Part shown: one piece after another, positions 51,256 to 63,972 of the stretch
Layout: each line of letters starts with the position of its first letter
Position numbering within the stretch: the stretch's first letter is position 1
Assembly: GCA_026025795.1 (NCBI GenBank)
Contig: JAPEUG010000018.1
Coordinates: 1 to 64,000 of the forward strand
Origin: Thelocarpon superellum
Lineage: Eukaryota
Direction: 5' to 3'
DNA length: 64,000 nucleotides
Program-made: the position numbers and the translations under genes
Notes under the pieces: model-generated
Database searches by the model: none
What the model was told of the DNA's origin: nothing
The model's input: only the letters and a program-made list of their open reading frames with translations

Positions 51256-52045
51256 ATGCCAGCCACAGTCCGGAATACTGTAGATCGGCTGGACAAGCCC
51301 AGTGCTTACTATCTAGCTAGGGTCGGTGCCAATCATGCCCATCCCGCAATGGCGAGGCCGGTGCTAACGCGAGGTGCGGTCGCGCAGAACAAGAAGCGCA
51401 AGTTTGATCGTGATCGCGATGATCGGGAGAAAAGGGAGCGCTCGGTGGAAGAGGCTCCAGAGGATCCATTAAAGGATGCCACGACCCTCTACGTCGGGAA
51501 TCTGTACGTTGGTTGCCCCGAGCTAGCGCATCCACCGTCCGTGCCAACCGTACCCCGGCAGCTCCTTCTACACGACCGAGGAACAGATTCATGAGCTCTT
51601 TGCCAAGTAGGTCTCCTGCCGCGAGGACGCGGGGCCATGTGATGTATCTGACCATCACAGGTGTGGGGAGATCAAGCGCCTGGTCATGGGTCTGGATCGG
51701 TTCAACAAAACTCCGTGTGGCTTCTGCTTCGTCGAATATTACACACATCAAGACGCGTTGGATTGCATGAAATATATTGGCGGCACCAAGCTGGATGAAC
51801 GAATCATCCGCACCGACTTGGACCCGGGCTTCCAAGAAGGGCGACAATATGGGTACGTCGCATGGTGTGGCCGGGTTGAGGGGATGACGAGCCTGGTCGA
51901 GCTGACGCATCCTAGACGAGGCAAGTCGGGTGGACAAGTGCGCGACGAATATCGGGATGAGTACGATGCCGGACGGGGTGGCTTTGGTCGCGCCATCGCC
52001 GCGGAAAGACTCAAGGAAGAGGAAGAATATGGCAAGGGCAAATAG
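51256..52045 (+). CDS. CBC2: Nuclear cap-binding complex small subunit (CBP20), 5 exons
   Basis: [82 protein letters not shown]. Introns 51322-51387, 51504-51561, 51607-51660, 51853-51915. Confidence 0.97.
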
Positions 52046-52148
52046 CGAGGCTTGCGTCGCGATGCAATCCGTTCATCACGCCCCTCGCAGGGTCTATCTC
52101 TCCATCTCTAAGTTCGTCGGGTCGTAACGTAACGAGGAAATCGCCCGG

Positions 52149-53072
52149 TCACGGGGGCGGAGCAGTCTCTCGCCGCTTCAGGATGGCTGCTTCAACGCCC
52201 CGCAGCCACCAGATGTGGATCCGCGCGTCACCCGTCAGCTCGGGATGAAAGCTCGTCCCAAAGACATTCCCTTGCCTGACCGCAATGATGTTGCCCGCAC
52301 TTTGGTCTGGGCCCCCGGAAGTTGCGGGAGTCGGCATAGTCCCCGTCCGCATGCCCAAGGTAGCCATGACCTCGACCGCAGCGCCAACGTGCTCGCCCGC
52401 CGAGGCCTCTTCTGCCGTCCGAGAAGGGGCAATGACCGTGTCCGCTCGCTGCTCCTCGTCCGAATGCGGCCCGACGATCGTAGGCAGAATCTTTTCGACC
52501 ACTGGTGCGCGGATGAAGATGGCCCGGAACGGGGTCCCATCGACCTCAGCCGCCCCATCCAAGCCCTGGGTCAGGAATGGCAGGTCGAGCTTCGCCTCGA
52601 AGCTCTCCGTCTGTCGACCAAAGTGGTTTCGATTGACGCGCACATCGAGGCCCCCGATGAGATCCTGACCGCCCTTCTTGGTGCGATTGGCACTCTCGGC
52701 CAAGAGAATCAAGCCGGCACACGTTCCCCATGTGGGCTTCCGCCGTACCCTGTCCGTAGCTCAGCCGGTATTCCACGACATCTGTGCTGACCCGTGGCGT
52801 GGAACGTACTTGACAAACTCTCGCAACGGTTCAAGGAAGTTCGAGCGAGATGCGACCAAGGCCATGGTCGTACTCTCGCCCCCAGGAATGATCAAGGCGT
52901 CGCACCGTGCAAGCTCTCCTGCGTTTCGCACTTCTGTAAACTGCCATTCCGACTTGCTCTGGTGTTGCGCTTGCAGTGTCTTTGCCGCCACCCGAAGTAG
53001 GTCCACATGTTCTCGAAAGGCTCCTTGCAAGGCCAGCACGCCAACGGTGATGCAATCCACTCTTGTTGTCAT
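52149..53072 (-). CDS. SNO1: Pyridoxal 5'-phosphate synthase glutaminase subunit (SNO/PdxT/PDX2; pyroB-like), 2 exons
   Basis: VGVLALQGAFREH, IIPGGESTT, WGTCAGLILLA (catalytic Cys), RNHFGRQTESF, FIRAP, TSFHPELT. Intron 52750-52809. Confidence 0.96.
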
Positions 53073-53566
53073 CGCATCATCTGCATCGGCGGTGAGGCGT
53101 AGTGATGGCAAAAGTACATCTGCTGTCGACGAGCGGATGTTCATGCGTCATCGGAGACTCGGCAAGACTTTCTGTCGATCGGCGGGGAAGAGACGAACCC
53201 TCTCCTCTTCTGCCATGGACAATGCTTTGCGTGAGAAAGCATCACCAGCCTTCTTCTTGACAGAGGTCACGTCTCATCGATGCTGGCAGCCCCATCGAGT
53301 CGATTACATTGTGACTGCGAAGCCACCGCCCCTTCCATCTTGCGTAACTTGTGGAACGTCTACGATCCGATTCCTACCTGCACCGTTCTCGTGTCTTCAT
53401 CCGCGGACGTGTTTGACGAGCCTGCCACATCTCTGACGTGCATTTCTTGATGCCCGTCGTGACTGAAAATTGACGAGGTCGTACGACATGCTGCAAGCGC
53501 CCGGAAGCAATGCATCGCCCGACCAGTCCAATGGAGAGCTAAACGATCCATCTCCGTCCGCATCTA

Positions 53567-54656
53567 ATGGCTTCTGCACTGGCAATGAACGACCCACAAG
53601 TGAACAAGATGATCCGCTGGCTACTCGACACCCGCCAACTCTGGCGTGAGGGCGACTTTGTCACAGAGGTACCTCCGATTCCCATCACCATCGCCGTCAT
53701 CATGATCATCATGACCATCAAGCTCAGACGCTCAGGCCCAACCTCATCTAAACCTCCTCCCGCAAGCCGAGCAAGACGCCATATTACGCTATCGCTTCCT
53801 GCGAGACCGTTGCATGGCGTTGGGCTCCAAGCTGGTCAAACGCCTCGCCATCTCTCATCTAAGCGGCGAGAGCTTTAGGGAGATCCGGATCGGCGAGGAC
53901 TCGCACCGCAAACCGATCCACATCCCCCGCAGTCCGGGGGGTCCAGCCGTCTCCTTCAACGTATCCCATCAAGCCGGACTAGTGGTGCTAGTCGCGCTGT
54001 GTCCACGGGAGAAGAGCCCAGCGAGCGTCGGCGTCGGCGTCGGCATCGGCATCGGCATCGACATAGTATGCGTGAGCGAGCGCGACGACGCACAGCAGAT
54101 GACGGAGCAGGGCGGCTTCGACGCCTGGATCTCCACGTATGCCGAGATCTTCTCGGAGAAAGAGCTGACGGAGCTCAAATCGACTCTTGCTCCACCGCTG
54201 AACGAGGTCAAGCTCGAGCTCCATCCCCGCCTCCGTCGCTTCTACGCCTTCTGGGCGCTGAAGGAAGCCTACATCAAGATGACGGGAGAAGCCCTCTTGG
54301 CTCCGTGGCTACGCCATCTTGAGTTCGGCGCGGTACGTGTGCCTGTGCCGGTGCCGGTACCGGCAATGGTCCAAGGGCCTACGTCGGACGGCGTCGGGAG
54401 CGACGGTACTCCGAGCAGCGACGAGGCCACAAATGAGCATGTATTTGGAGATTGCACGCGCTCGATGGAGATATGGCTACATGGACGACGAGTCCACGAC
54501 GTGCGGATCGAACTGGTGGCGCTAGGGCCGGACTTTATGGTCGCCACGGCGATATCTGCTCCTGCCCATGCACGGCAGGAGGGAGACATGGATGAGGATT
54601 CCTTTCCTGTTTTTGATCTCATCACCCTCTCTTCCTTTGATGATCTTCTCGGCTAG
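53567..54656 (+). CDS. npgA: Sfp-type 4'-phosphopantetheinyl transferase, 2 exons
   Basis: RWLLDTRQLW, RYRFLRDRCMALGSKL, FNVSHQAGLV, GIDIV, FYAFWALKEAYIKMTGEAL. Intron 53669-53735. Confidence 0.93.
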
Positions 54657-54936
54657 AAGAGGGACTGTCATAGACGTGAATGGCCACTCTGGTCTCTGGT
54701 CTCACAATGCACGTGGACGATGTAGATGAGCGCTTTTTGGACTCTATTAGGCCTCCTCACGCCACTTTGGTGGTTTCGCACCCCCATGAGTCCGTTCGCC
54801 ACCGTCGCCGCCGATGATGGTGATGATGCAGCAAGGGAATCGTCGCGTCCCTCTCCCAACATCTCTCATGCGTGCGTTCATCTCGACTTGGAGATGAGAA
54901 TGCTCCACTACTCCCTCCTCGAAGCGGCCTGACCGG

Positions 54937-56165
54937 CTAATGGCATAGCTCACTCATCATTTGAGCAAGCGGCTGTTGCGGTCGTCGTCGAGTGTTGTAC
55001 GGCGAGCCGGTCGACAAGACACTCGCGGATTGGCCGGACGTCGGGCTGGCTTCCTTGGCGGCCACGGCAGACTTGGCGACGCCATGGGCGCGTGCCTCTT
55101 CCGTGAGTTTTAGAAGCTCGGCAAGCATCTGGTCTCGTGTGTCTTTGACCAGGTCGTCGACGTCGGCCGGGGTGAGATTGTCGGTTGGGATGGGTGGAAG
55201 GACTGCAGATCATCAGCCATTTGCGCGGGGTAGGAAACCGGTCATGCTCATACTGCGAACGGGGATGTGTCCGGCTTCGAATCGCTTGCTCTTCACGTGC
55301 AGAATATTGGAGTAATTCGCCACGACCACGGGCACCACTGGCACTTTGGCCTTGACCGCAAGATGAAAGGCGCCTTTCTTAAACGGGAGCAGGTCGGGCT
55401 CCGCGAAGTACGATCGTGTTCCCTCGGGGAAGATGAAGACGCTTTGCTGCAGAGCGTGGCCTCGTCAGTCCACTTGAGCGGATGGATTCCTGACAGACCG
55501 CCCCGACCGACCTTGTGTTTCCGCATTTCTGCGGCTGCCCCGTCAAACGCCGCCATGGCAGTGTCACGATTCCCGCGGTCGATGAAGACGGTCCTACTTA
55601 GCCACACTACCAACGTTCAGCGTCAATGCCATGGTGGGTGGGATGGGACGGGACGGAGCAACATACGGAACCAGCCAAAGACGGGCACGTATGCCAAGCT
55701 CTTCTTCGCCGTCACGCTGCAAAAGGGAGGGAAGATGGCGCCCAGCATCAACACATCAAGCTCGCTGCTCATCACCCCCACCACGTCAGACTCTTTCAAC
55801 CACCCCGGGTGACATGCGGGACCGGCCAAAAATACGTACGTCTGATGATTCCCAACAAAGACCACTGGACGCTCCGTCAAGTATTCCGTGCCCGTCACGT
55901 CAAAGTAGACGCCGGTCGACAAGCCCATGATCAGTTGGAACAGGCGTGCCACCGCCCATTGACTTGCCCCACCATAGCCGACGAGGCGGAAGATGATGGA
56001 AACCACCACGCCATACGCCGCGCTCAGGAAGAAGCAGAAGTAGGAGGAAAGCAGCCGACCGTAGAATCCCGCCCTCGGGACCGCGAGCGCGAGGGCCATG
56101 AGCAGAGCCGTCACGCCGAGGTAGCCTCCCAGCGCGTAGAGGAAGTAGTCGAGCACGCCGGGCAT
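54937..56165 (-). CDS. SLC1: 1-acyl-sn-glycerol-3-phosphate acyltransferase, multi-exon
   Basis: N-terminal TM segments; NHQT|ELD split by intron 55765-55839; AKKSL, VFIDR, IFPEGTRS, FKKGAFHLA, LPPIPT. Exact C-terminus uncertain. Confidence 0.92.
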
Positions 56166-57216
56166 GATGTGCGCGGGGTCGGCCACCGAGATATGGCCCT
56201 CAAGCTGGCTGGCGCGAGGCGGGAGCGACCGGGTCGAGCGACCACAACTGATCCGCGCCGGTCAAGCGTCTTGGTCGTCGTCTTTGCACGGGTACGAGTT
56301 GATGGGGTCACTCCGTCGCGCACCGTCGGGCGCCGCCGATGAAGCGTTGCCGATAGCTTACCGGTAGCGAGGGCCGCGGTGCAAATGGGTGAATCCTACA
56401 GATTTCAACGGATCGTGGTGTAACGGGGCGGCTACGAGAGGCAAGCGGGGCGCCACAACTCTGCACGGCGCCTCCCGCACCACCGGTCATCAAGGACCTT
56501 GCCATTGCGCCATTCCGCGCCGCTTGGAGAAGCTGGAGTGAATCGTTACTGGGACGGCACCAAGAATGAAGGCGAGGTGATTGGTAGATGACCACGAAGG
56601 TCACCAGACGTCGTTGGCACGAGCACGTGGTCGAGCGTGATTCCCCCTCCCGCTCGACCCGCCCTCTATTCCCTCTGAGAAAGGTCGCTGACTACGGCTC
56701 CTGGTGCTGATCATGGCTTGCGTATGCACTGGAGCAGGGTAGGCTATTCCTCCAAGGGCACGCGGGCCTCCCTTGGCCACAGCGGCGGAGCTTCCGTCGC
56801 AGCGCGGGCGATGGCTTGTACCTGCTCGTTGCACGTACCGAATCCATAGAACTGCGAGGAGAGCAGCCCAGCTGCGCACCGCAATCTACCATCCAAGCAC
56901 TTCTTGGAAGAGGCTCTTCATTAGTCTGGAGACGATGCTCGCTTTCCTGTCCTCTTTCTTCTGCCTTCGTCACGCAGTGGCCATGAAATCATCATGCTCG
57001 GTCGGCCGCCCCGACGCCAATGCTCCCAATGCCGGCTATCCCTGAATGGTCATGGGCCCGACCCCCCCGTCGAGACGCACCAGGGGCGATGCTGTATGTA
57101 CCTCGCACGGGCACCAATGCAATAGAAAAAGAAGAATCGCCACGGTCCTTCGCCGGCTCCATGCAGATGTACACCAGTGCGCAAAGGATGACCACGCCCT
57201 GGCCGGATCCCGCTTG

Positions 57217-59959
57217 TTACGACATCTCGGCATCCTCAACCTCGTCGTCCTCCAACGACTCGATGGCGCCTTTGATGTACTGACCAGCCTGTGCAATACG
57301 TCAGTCGGGCCCGCGGTGAGCGTCATGCCATCCTGAGCCATACCTTGGGATCAAGATTGAGCGCAATCGTGAAATGCTTGATGGCACTGGCCCGCTGTCG
57401 TAGCGTCTTGTAGAGCTTTCCCAGCAGGAAATGCACTTTGGCATCGTCGGGCGCCGAGTCCTTGAGGATCTTCAGCTCGACCAAGGCCAGGTGGGGCTCT
57501 TGCAGCGCCATGAGCACCCGTGCTTTGTTGAAGCGTGACTTGGACGACGTCGCGTCCAAAGTGCATGCCTCGGCGTACTGCACCAGCGCTGCCCGAGGGT
57601 TCTTGAGCTTCTCCAACACCTGCCACCACCATCAGTCGGAGGCGCCGTCGGACCATGACGACGGCCCGTGCTTACCATGCCGATGCAGAACACGAGCACC
57701 GCGTTGGTGGGATTGATCCCGGCCGCGGTGCGGAAGTGTTTCTCCGCCACGTCGTACTTGCCCATCTTCTCGTAGACCTTGCCCAGCCCGTACCAGGCGT
57801 TGTAGTAGCGATGGTCCGCCGCCACGCCGCTGCGGTAGGCCACCAGCGCCTTGTCGAATTCCTCGTTCATCATGTGCTCGTGGCCCTGGTGCGTGTAGGC
57901 GTAGGCGAGCGTCGGGTCCAACTGCGTCGCACGCTTGAAGCACTCGAGCGCTTGATCATGGTCACGCTGCAGCGAGAAGGTGTTGCCCACGGCACACCAG
58001 GCCTGCGGCGACAGCCGATCGAGGTCGATGAGCTCGTGCGCGAGATAGGCCAGCTCCACCTCGTCCTTGAGGTGCCAGAGCACCGTCGAATAGATCTCCA
58101 TGTCCTCGAGCCGCGCCGGGGCCAAGGTGCGGACCTTGCGGAAGTGTTTCTCCGCCTCGCGATACCAGCCTTTCTCGTGATACGCGCGACCCATCTGCGC
58201 CAGCACCCACGTCGTATCCCGCTGCGGCGTCACGAGGGACTGAAACATCTGGAGCGCCTCGGTGCAGTGGAAATGCGCGAGCGCAAAGTATCCGCCGCCC
58301 AGCTTCGCGAAGAGATCGAGCAGCCACTGGATGGCCTCCATCTTCTTCGACGGCTCCGGCGAACCAGCCTTTCCGCCCAGCGCCGCCGACGCACCCGCGC
58401 CAAAGAGCGCCTGTTGGTTTTCCTTGGCGTCCACCTCGCTGGGCTCGCCCGCCTTCCGGTTGCCAGCGACCGTCCGTCCCATCGTCGACCCGCTGGCGGT
58501 GGTTCGTCCTTTGGCGCCAGGCGCTTTGGCTTTCTTCAGCTCGCGTCCTTCCCGAAGACCGAGGCTGCCCGTCGACGCGGCAAACTTGCTGCTGGTCGGT
58601 CGGATCTGGTTGAACAGCCGCACACTCCGTCGTTGCGGCGCGGCGCTGGGATCAATCTGGGATGCCGCGCTCTGCGTCGCCTGGCCCGAGATGTTCCTTT
58701 TGCGCTCGCCGCCGGCCGCTACGGAGCTTGAGGTCCTCGAGGCCTCGCCCAGCTCTTCCATTTCTCCACGGACCGGCCCGCGCGCCCGCGCCGTCGCGGC
58801 GCGAAGGCGCGTGGTGTTATCCCGGCTGAAGTCCATCCCAGCAAAGTTTCGATGTTTCCTCAAGGGCGCGTGTGGTGCATCCATGGCTTCTACGACCGAC
58901 ATGCCGCCACCGCCACCACCACCGCCACCTCCAATATCAGGGCCGAGATGGAAACTGCTGTCGATGCCGTGGCCGGTGCCGGTCGGCGTCTCCATCATGT
59001 CGAAAGCGAGTCCCCCACCCCCTCCCAGACCGGTGGGAGAGCCTTTGTTGGTCGAGGTGCTCTCATTGAGCTTCTGGAAGAGGGCCGCGCTGCCACCCCC
59101 AAAGCCCGCCCCCGCATCGCTGTTGGGGCGAGATGGCGGAATGGAGAACGGGTCGGCGTGGGCGGTGGGTTGCAGCGGATTCTTGTGCTGCGACTGCAAT
59201 GGGCCTCCGTTGGGCATGCCGTCCTCCATCAGTGACGCTGGCTCCGGGTAGGGGTCGGATGTAGAGGACGAGAGGTACGCGAGCATTTCGGGTGTCATCA
59301 CGAAAATGTTCGGGATCCGGATGTTGGCACCTGATAGCCTCGTCAGCGGCGAGAACGTGGGTGAGGCACGAGGCCCGCTCTCACCTGTGTGACAGAGCCC
59401 GAGAAAGGCGTCCCACATGAAGGGATTGAGCTTCAACGCTTCCACGTAGTAGTCGATCGCTTTCGTCGGGTCGCCATATCCATGCCAGAGCTTGCCGAGG
59501 AGGCAGTACACCGCGGCCGCATCGGGCAGATGTCGCCGCGTGGTCTCGGAGTGTTTGTCTGGTATGCCAACCACATCAGTCGGGTGGTCAAGACATGAGA
59601 ACCATGCGCTCCGGCTCACCCCACGAGTTGCGTCCGGCCCACTGGGACCGGCTGCGTTCTAGCGCGCCGATGCCCTCCTTGTGTCGGTGGGGCCGCTGGA
59701 GACACGACTTGGCGTAGATAAATGCACACCCGACATGCGTCCCTCGCATACCCATCGGCTTGCTGTATTCATACGCCAACTGGTACTCACCCAGGCGGAA
59801 GTGACAGAGCGCGACCAGGTGGGAGGCCTCAGCCGAGCGCATCTCGTGGGCGTAGAGACGGCCGGACAAGAAGAGGGCGTTTTGCAAGAAGTCATTATCG
59901 AGGTAATAGTAAATGAGGTGGCGAAGCTGACTCGAGATGTGGGCGTTGGAGGGAGACAT
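57217..59959 (-). CDS. CDC27: Anaphase-promoting complex TPR subunit Cdc27/BimA/Nuc2, 5 exons
   Basis: MSPSNAHISSQLRHLIYYYLDN, LPDAAAVYCLLGKL, ALKLNPFMWDAF, APQRRSVRL, MEIYSTVLWHLK, SPQAWCAVGNTFSLQRDH, HYYNAWYGLG, FTIALNLDPK|AGQYIKGAIESLEDD...MS*. Confidence 0.95.
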
Positions 59960-61104
59960 GCCGGAGGTGGACCTCACCGAGGAGGGGCTTGGGAGGCCGA
60001 CACGCCCCGTGTCGGCGCGTTGACCGTGGTGACGGGGACGCAAACGGAGGCTGAGGTGCTTGTGCACACCTCATCGAGGGTGAGGGACGTTCAGCCGGAC
60101 CGTGGAGGTCTCGCGGTCGACTACAGTGCGCAGTGGCCGGCCGGGATGTGCATGAGGGCGGGAGGGGCCGAAGGATGACCGATGCCAAAGTGTAACGGAT
60201 CAGCTTCACCAGGGGATTTCAAGGACTGGATCAACAGTAGCTGCGGCGTCACCGCGGAGGAGCCACTTGGGTGGCCGTCGACAATCGGAATGCTCGGGAC
60301 CCGCGCTGAATTCCTCCGTTGATCGGCCGAAGAGTCTCCCGTGTCCGGGTGCCGCCTTTGGAGAACCGCGCGCCTCAGGGTCCGACCGTGGTCTGTGAAG
60401 CGTGCGGGGTGACAGATTAGGGGCGGAGGCAAAGGGAAGGGAGAGAAGCCAGAGACGCCCTACTACTCCAGATTCATCGGCCTCAGCGCGCTGCTCCCAA
60501 ACTCCGTCGCATTATTTGCCTTCGAAAGTGCGGAGGGACCCTCGTACTCTCGGAGTCGAGATGTTGTGGCCGACGGTCGTGCTCTGCATGCTGATTGGGT
60601 ACACAAACACCCACTACCGCCACCTGCTCGCCTCGGCTTGGCCGGTGACGGCCTGTTGCCAGCCGCAACCGCCACTCACCCACGGCCACTCGCACCACCT
60701 CTCGTACACAGCAGATCAGCCTTAGTAAGTTGGCATAAGAGAGACCACGCGCTGGGCACAAAGAATGATAGATGTGTGTGGTACATGAAATCATGGTACA
60801 GGGACTAGGTGCGTCTTCGAGAACGTAGGATATCTCAAGACCGAAATACTCTTGCCGGTAGCAGCTCTGGGTAGCCTGTCCAAGCACGAGAACAGGCGTT
60901 AGGCGCAGTAATTCTCGTGGGTGAGCACCCGTAAAGTCCGCTAGCCAGCACTATGGACGGGCCGCTGTGGTTGACCTCGTGCTCAACAATGTCTGCTCTG
61001 CAGACTACACCTCGACCTGAATAGATCCAGACGAGCTCACATACCAGCTGCCAGAGTCCTGTCAGGGTTCCCACTAGCTCGTGGGACATGAACGGCCATT
61101 TACG

Positions 61105-61748
61105 ATGGCTCAGGTAATGGCTAAGTCTGCTAGATCACGTCGTGCTTGAATCTCATGCGGACACAGAAAGCAGCAAAGCAGACGGCGAAACGGAACACGG
61201 CCGTATTGAATCGCACGCATCTCATTACTGCCGCCGTCCACGCGTGGTTCTTGATCCTGCGATATCTCCTGGGCCTCCATCGGTCGGCATCCATCGTGCT
61301 GTATGTCTTGTTGTCCGTCCCCGCCTTAAGCATTGAGCTCTGGCTAGAGCGCATCGGTCGACCCACGCACGTGTCGGACACGGGAGAGCTACGACGGAGT
61401 GGGGAGGATCTGGAGGCAAAAGGCTTGACGGAATATCTGTGGGACGTGCTCTACTGGTCCTGGGCTTGCATCGCGCTCGCACCGCTGCTCGGTGGCTGGA
61501 CGTGGTGGTTATGGGTAAATCCTGTCCGAGACCGAAGCCAGGGACATGGGTGCGTTGGCTAATCTTTGGTGGTGCAGGCTGTCATCCCCCTCTACTCCGT
61601 TTGGCTGGCCTATTCGATGTTTGGTAATCTCCGCCACGGGATCATGGGGATGAGTGCGCAAGGAAACACCGTGACCGAGGCACAGGGCGGCAGCAACCGA
61701 CAACGGAAGATGGAGAAGCGGGGAGGCCTAAAAACTACTTATCGGTGA
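61105..61748 (+). CDS. SND2: SRP-independent ER targeting protein Snd2/TMEM208 (DUF788), 3 exons
   Basis: 9-nt first coding exon ATG GCT CAG, intron 61114-61166, then KAAKQTAKRN...GRP...SGEDLEAKGLTEYLWDVLYW...IPLYSVWL...SNRQRKMEKRGG. Confidence 0.88.
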
Positions 61749-61867
61749 CCTGCTCCAGTCTAAGGATTCGATCACGGAGAACGCAGCGGCTCGCGATGGT
61801 ATGGTACAGGGCGGAAGGGTGCTTGTCCCGGGAAGCTGATCACGTTTCGGCATGGTCCTGAGGACCT

Positions 61868-62993
61868 CTAGAAGCAGAAGACCTGGTCCCCGAGCTTGCT
61901 GACCGGCTTGGGTTTTTCGTAACCGAGAGCGTCTAGCGTCTTCTTCATCGCGCTGACCATGGGCGGCGGCCCGCACACCAGCATCTTCATGTCCGGGGCG
62001 GGGGCGGGAAGGTGGGCCTAGGCAGCCATCAGCACCAGCCGAGAAGAAGAAGAAATGCATGACTCACCTTGATCATGTCTCCCGTGACAAACCCTACGCC
62101 ACCAGTCCAGTTCTCGGGGGCGTTGTTCAGCACGTAGTGCACCCGAAAGCCCGCATCCTCCTTGACGAGCTGGTCGAGATCCTCCCGCAACAGGATATCT
62201 TCCACGTTGACGTTGGCAAAGATCAAATCCACCTCGGTCGTGTCGGTGCCCCCGTTCTTCGGACGACCTCGGATGATGGCGCGGATGATCTGTAACATGG
62301 GCGTGATCCCGGTACCACCAGCGATCATACCGAAATGCCGGACCAGATTGGGTGTGTACACCATGTTTCCCTTGGGACCCTTCACCTTGATTGTCTCGCC
62401 AACCTTGAGCGAGGCCATGTACTTGGAGATGTTGCCGGTAGGGTAGCTTTTGATGAGTAGATCAAAGTATCCGGGATTCTCGTCCGACGAGATGGGCGTA
62501 TACGACCGAACGATTTCCTTGGGCTGCTCCGGAAGCAACGCCGCGATGGAGATATGTTGGCCAATGGGGAGCCCCAAGATGTCCGCCGCCGACGGTAAGG
62601 CAAATCGGTAGCTGCAGCATCACTTAGCTAGGGCGCTCGAGATGTCCGGGCAGAGCTGGGTTTACGAACATGGCCACATTGTGCGAGATGATGGTCTTCT
62701 CCTTGAGGGGGAACTCCTGAAACTTGTCCGGCTTGAGAACTTTTTTGGTCACTGATCCCACGCATGCCACTTAGAATCTTTCGCAAGTCACGCACAGCCA
62801 TCTCACGGTCAGACGTACTATTGTTGTAGAGCTTCCACGCGCTGAAGACCACGGCGAGCGCCACGGAATACCAGACCCACTCCATCTTGCAGATGGCCGT
62901 GCCGGTGACCAGTAGCGCCGAGGGAACGTAGATGCCGTTGATGTATTGGGGTGCAAGCCAAGAATTAGGCAATCGTTGGTACGGTTTGGCCAT
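61868..62993 (-). CDS. CBR1: NADH-cytochrome b5 reductase, multi-exon
   Basis: N-terminal membrane anchor; [58 protein letters not shown]. Confidence 0.95.
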
Positions 62994-63309
62994 ATTCAGG
63001 GAGTCGCGACGGTCAAGATACCGAGCACGAAAATTTGGCTTGTCGAGCTTGTGACTCGTTCGTTGGCCGAAATCTTTCGGTTGAGATCTTCATGGTCGCT
63101 TCGGGCAACACGCGTGCGCCGTAGTCAACGGCGCGCAGCCTGGCGCCACAACCTTAGCACGGTAGCTTCAGAGCTTCATCATTCAAGAGATCATGACATG
63201 TATCGGAAGAATCGTATTACCAGCGGACCAGAACACGCCTGATATGTCGGCGTCCATTGATACTCAGGCACAGCCATCTAATCACCGCCGTCTACACTGT
63301 CCGGCCGCA

Positions 63310-63972
63310 TTACTCGTTTCTGCTGCCATGATCCTCAGTCCCAAGCTCATCCTTCCACCATTCCCTAAACAACACCAGTCGCTCTGTCCTCACGCGTGCC
63401 ATTTCCCTCCCAGTATTGGTTTTCATCATACTTTCCAGTCGTTCTAATTTTTCTTCAACGTGCGTGATCGCGTCGTCCATCCCCCGATCCCCTTTCGCTC
63501 CGCCGAAGGTGAAACACCTCCCAATGCCGACAGCCCCAATCGCGTCCAAGCGGTCCGCATCCTGCACCGGGCCCAGCTCGGGTAAGCGTGCAAGCACCGC
63601 GGCCACCCCTGTTGGGTCTTTGTTCTCTCTCGAGTAGCTAACCGCGTTCACCACTTCCTGCACTCTCTCGGCCAAATCCAAGGGCGCGTCGGCAGACAGG
63701 AGAAAGTCCCTGGCCAGACGCGTGCCATCATGACCGAGGGGGAGATATTTCCGGTCTCCGACGTCGTGAAGAAGTGCAGCAAGCGTCACGACGTTGAGAT
63801 CGTACTCGGCATGGGACCCGGAGTGGGACGGGAAATCGGATGCGGACTCGGTGCGAGCGATATGACGAGCAAGGCGAAGGACGCGCTCGATATGTGCATA
63901 GTCATGGGAGGCGTCGTAGTGAGACATGTGTTGTTTGACGTAAGTTTCTGTCTTGGATATGAGTGCGGACAT
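63310..63972 (-). CDS. HD-domain metal-dependent phosphohydrolase (YpgQ-like), intronless
   Basis: SHDYAHIERV, AALLHDVGDRKY, VSYS, VQDADRLDAIGAVGIGRCFTFGG, MKTNTGREMARVR. Confidence 0.9.
   Translation of the reverse strand: MSALISKTETYVKQHMSHYDASHDYAHIERVLRLARHIARTESASDFPSHSGSHAEYDLNVVTLAALLHDVGDRKYLPLGHDGTRLARDFLLSADAPLDLAERVQEVVNAVSYSRENKDPTGVAAVLARLPELGPVQDADRLDAIGAVGIGRCFTFGGAKGDRGMDDAITHVEEKLERLESMMKTNTGREMARVRTERLVLFREWWKDELGTEDHGSRNE

Noticed and set aside
53567..54656. PPTase as a marker of a secondary-metabolite cluster
   Set aside because: No PKS/NRPS in the window; the neighbours are housekeeping genes, fitting the general-purpose npgA/LYS5-type enzyme.
51322..59384. Several 3n stop-free introns (CBC2 x2, SLC1, CDC27)
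   Set aside because: About a third of introns are 3n and short GC-rich introns often lack stops, so the count does not look above chance.
60402..60887. Short ORFs between CDC27 and SND2, including a hydrophobic MLWPTVVLCMLIG start
   Set aside because: No homology cues, and possible splicing gives only a tiny peptide; likely divergent promoter/UTR sequence.
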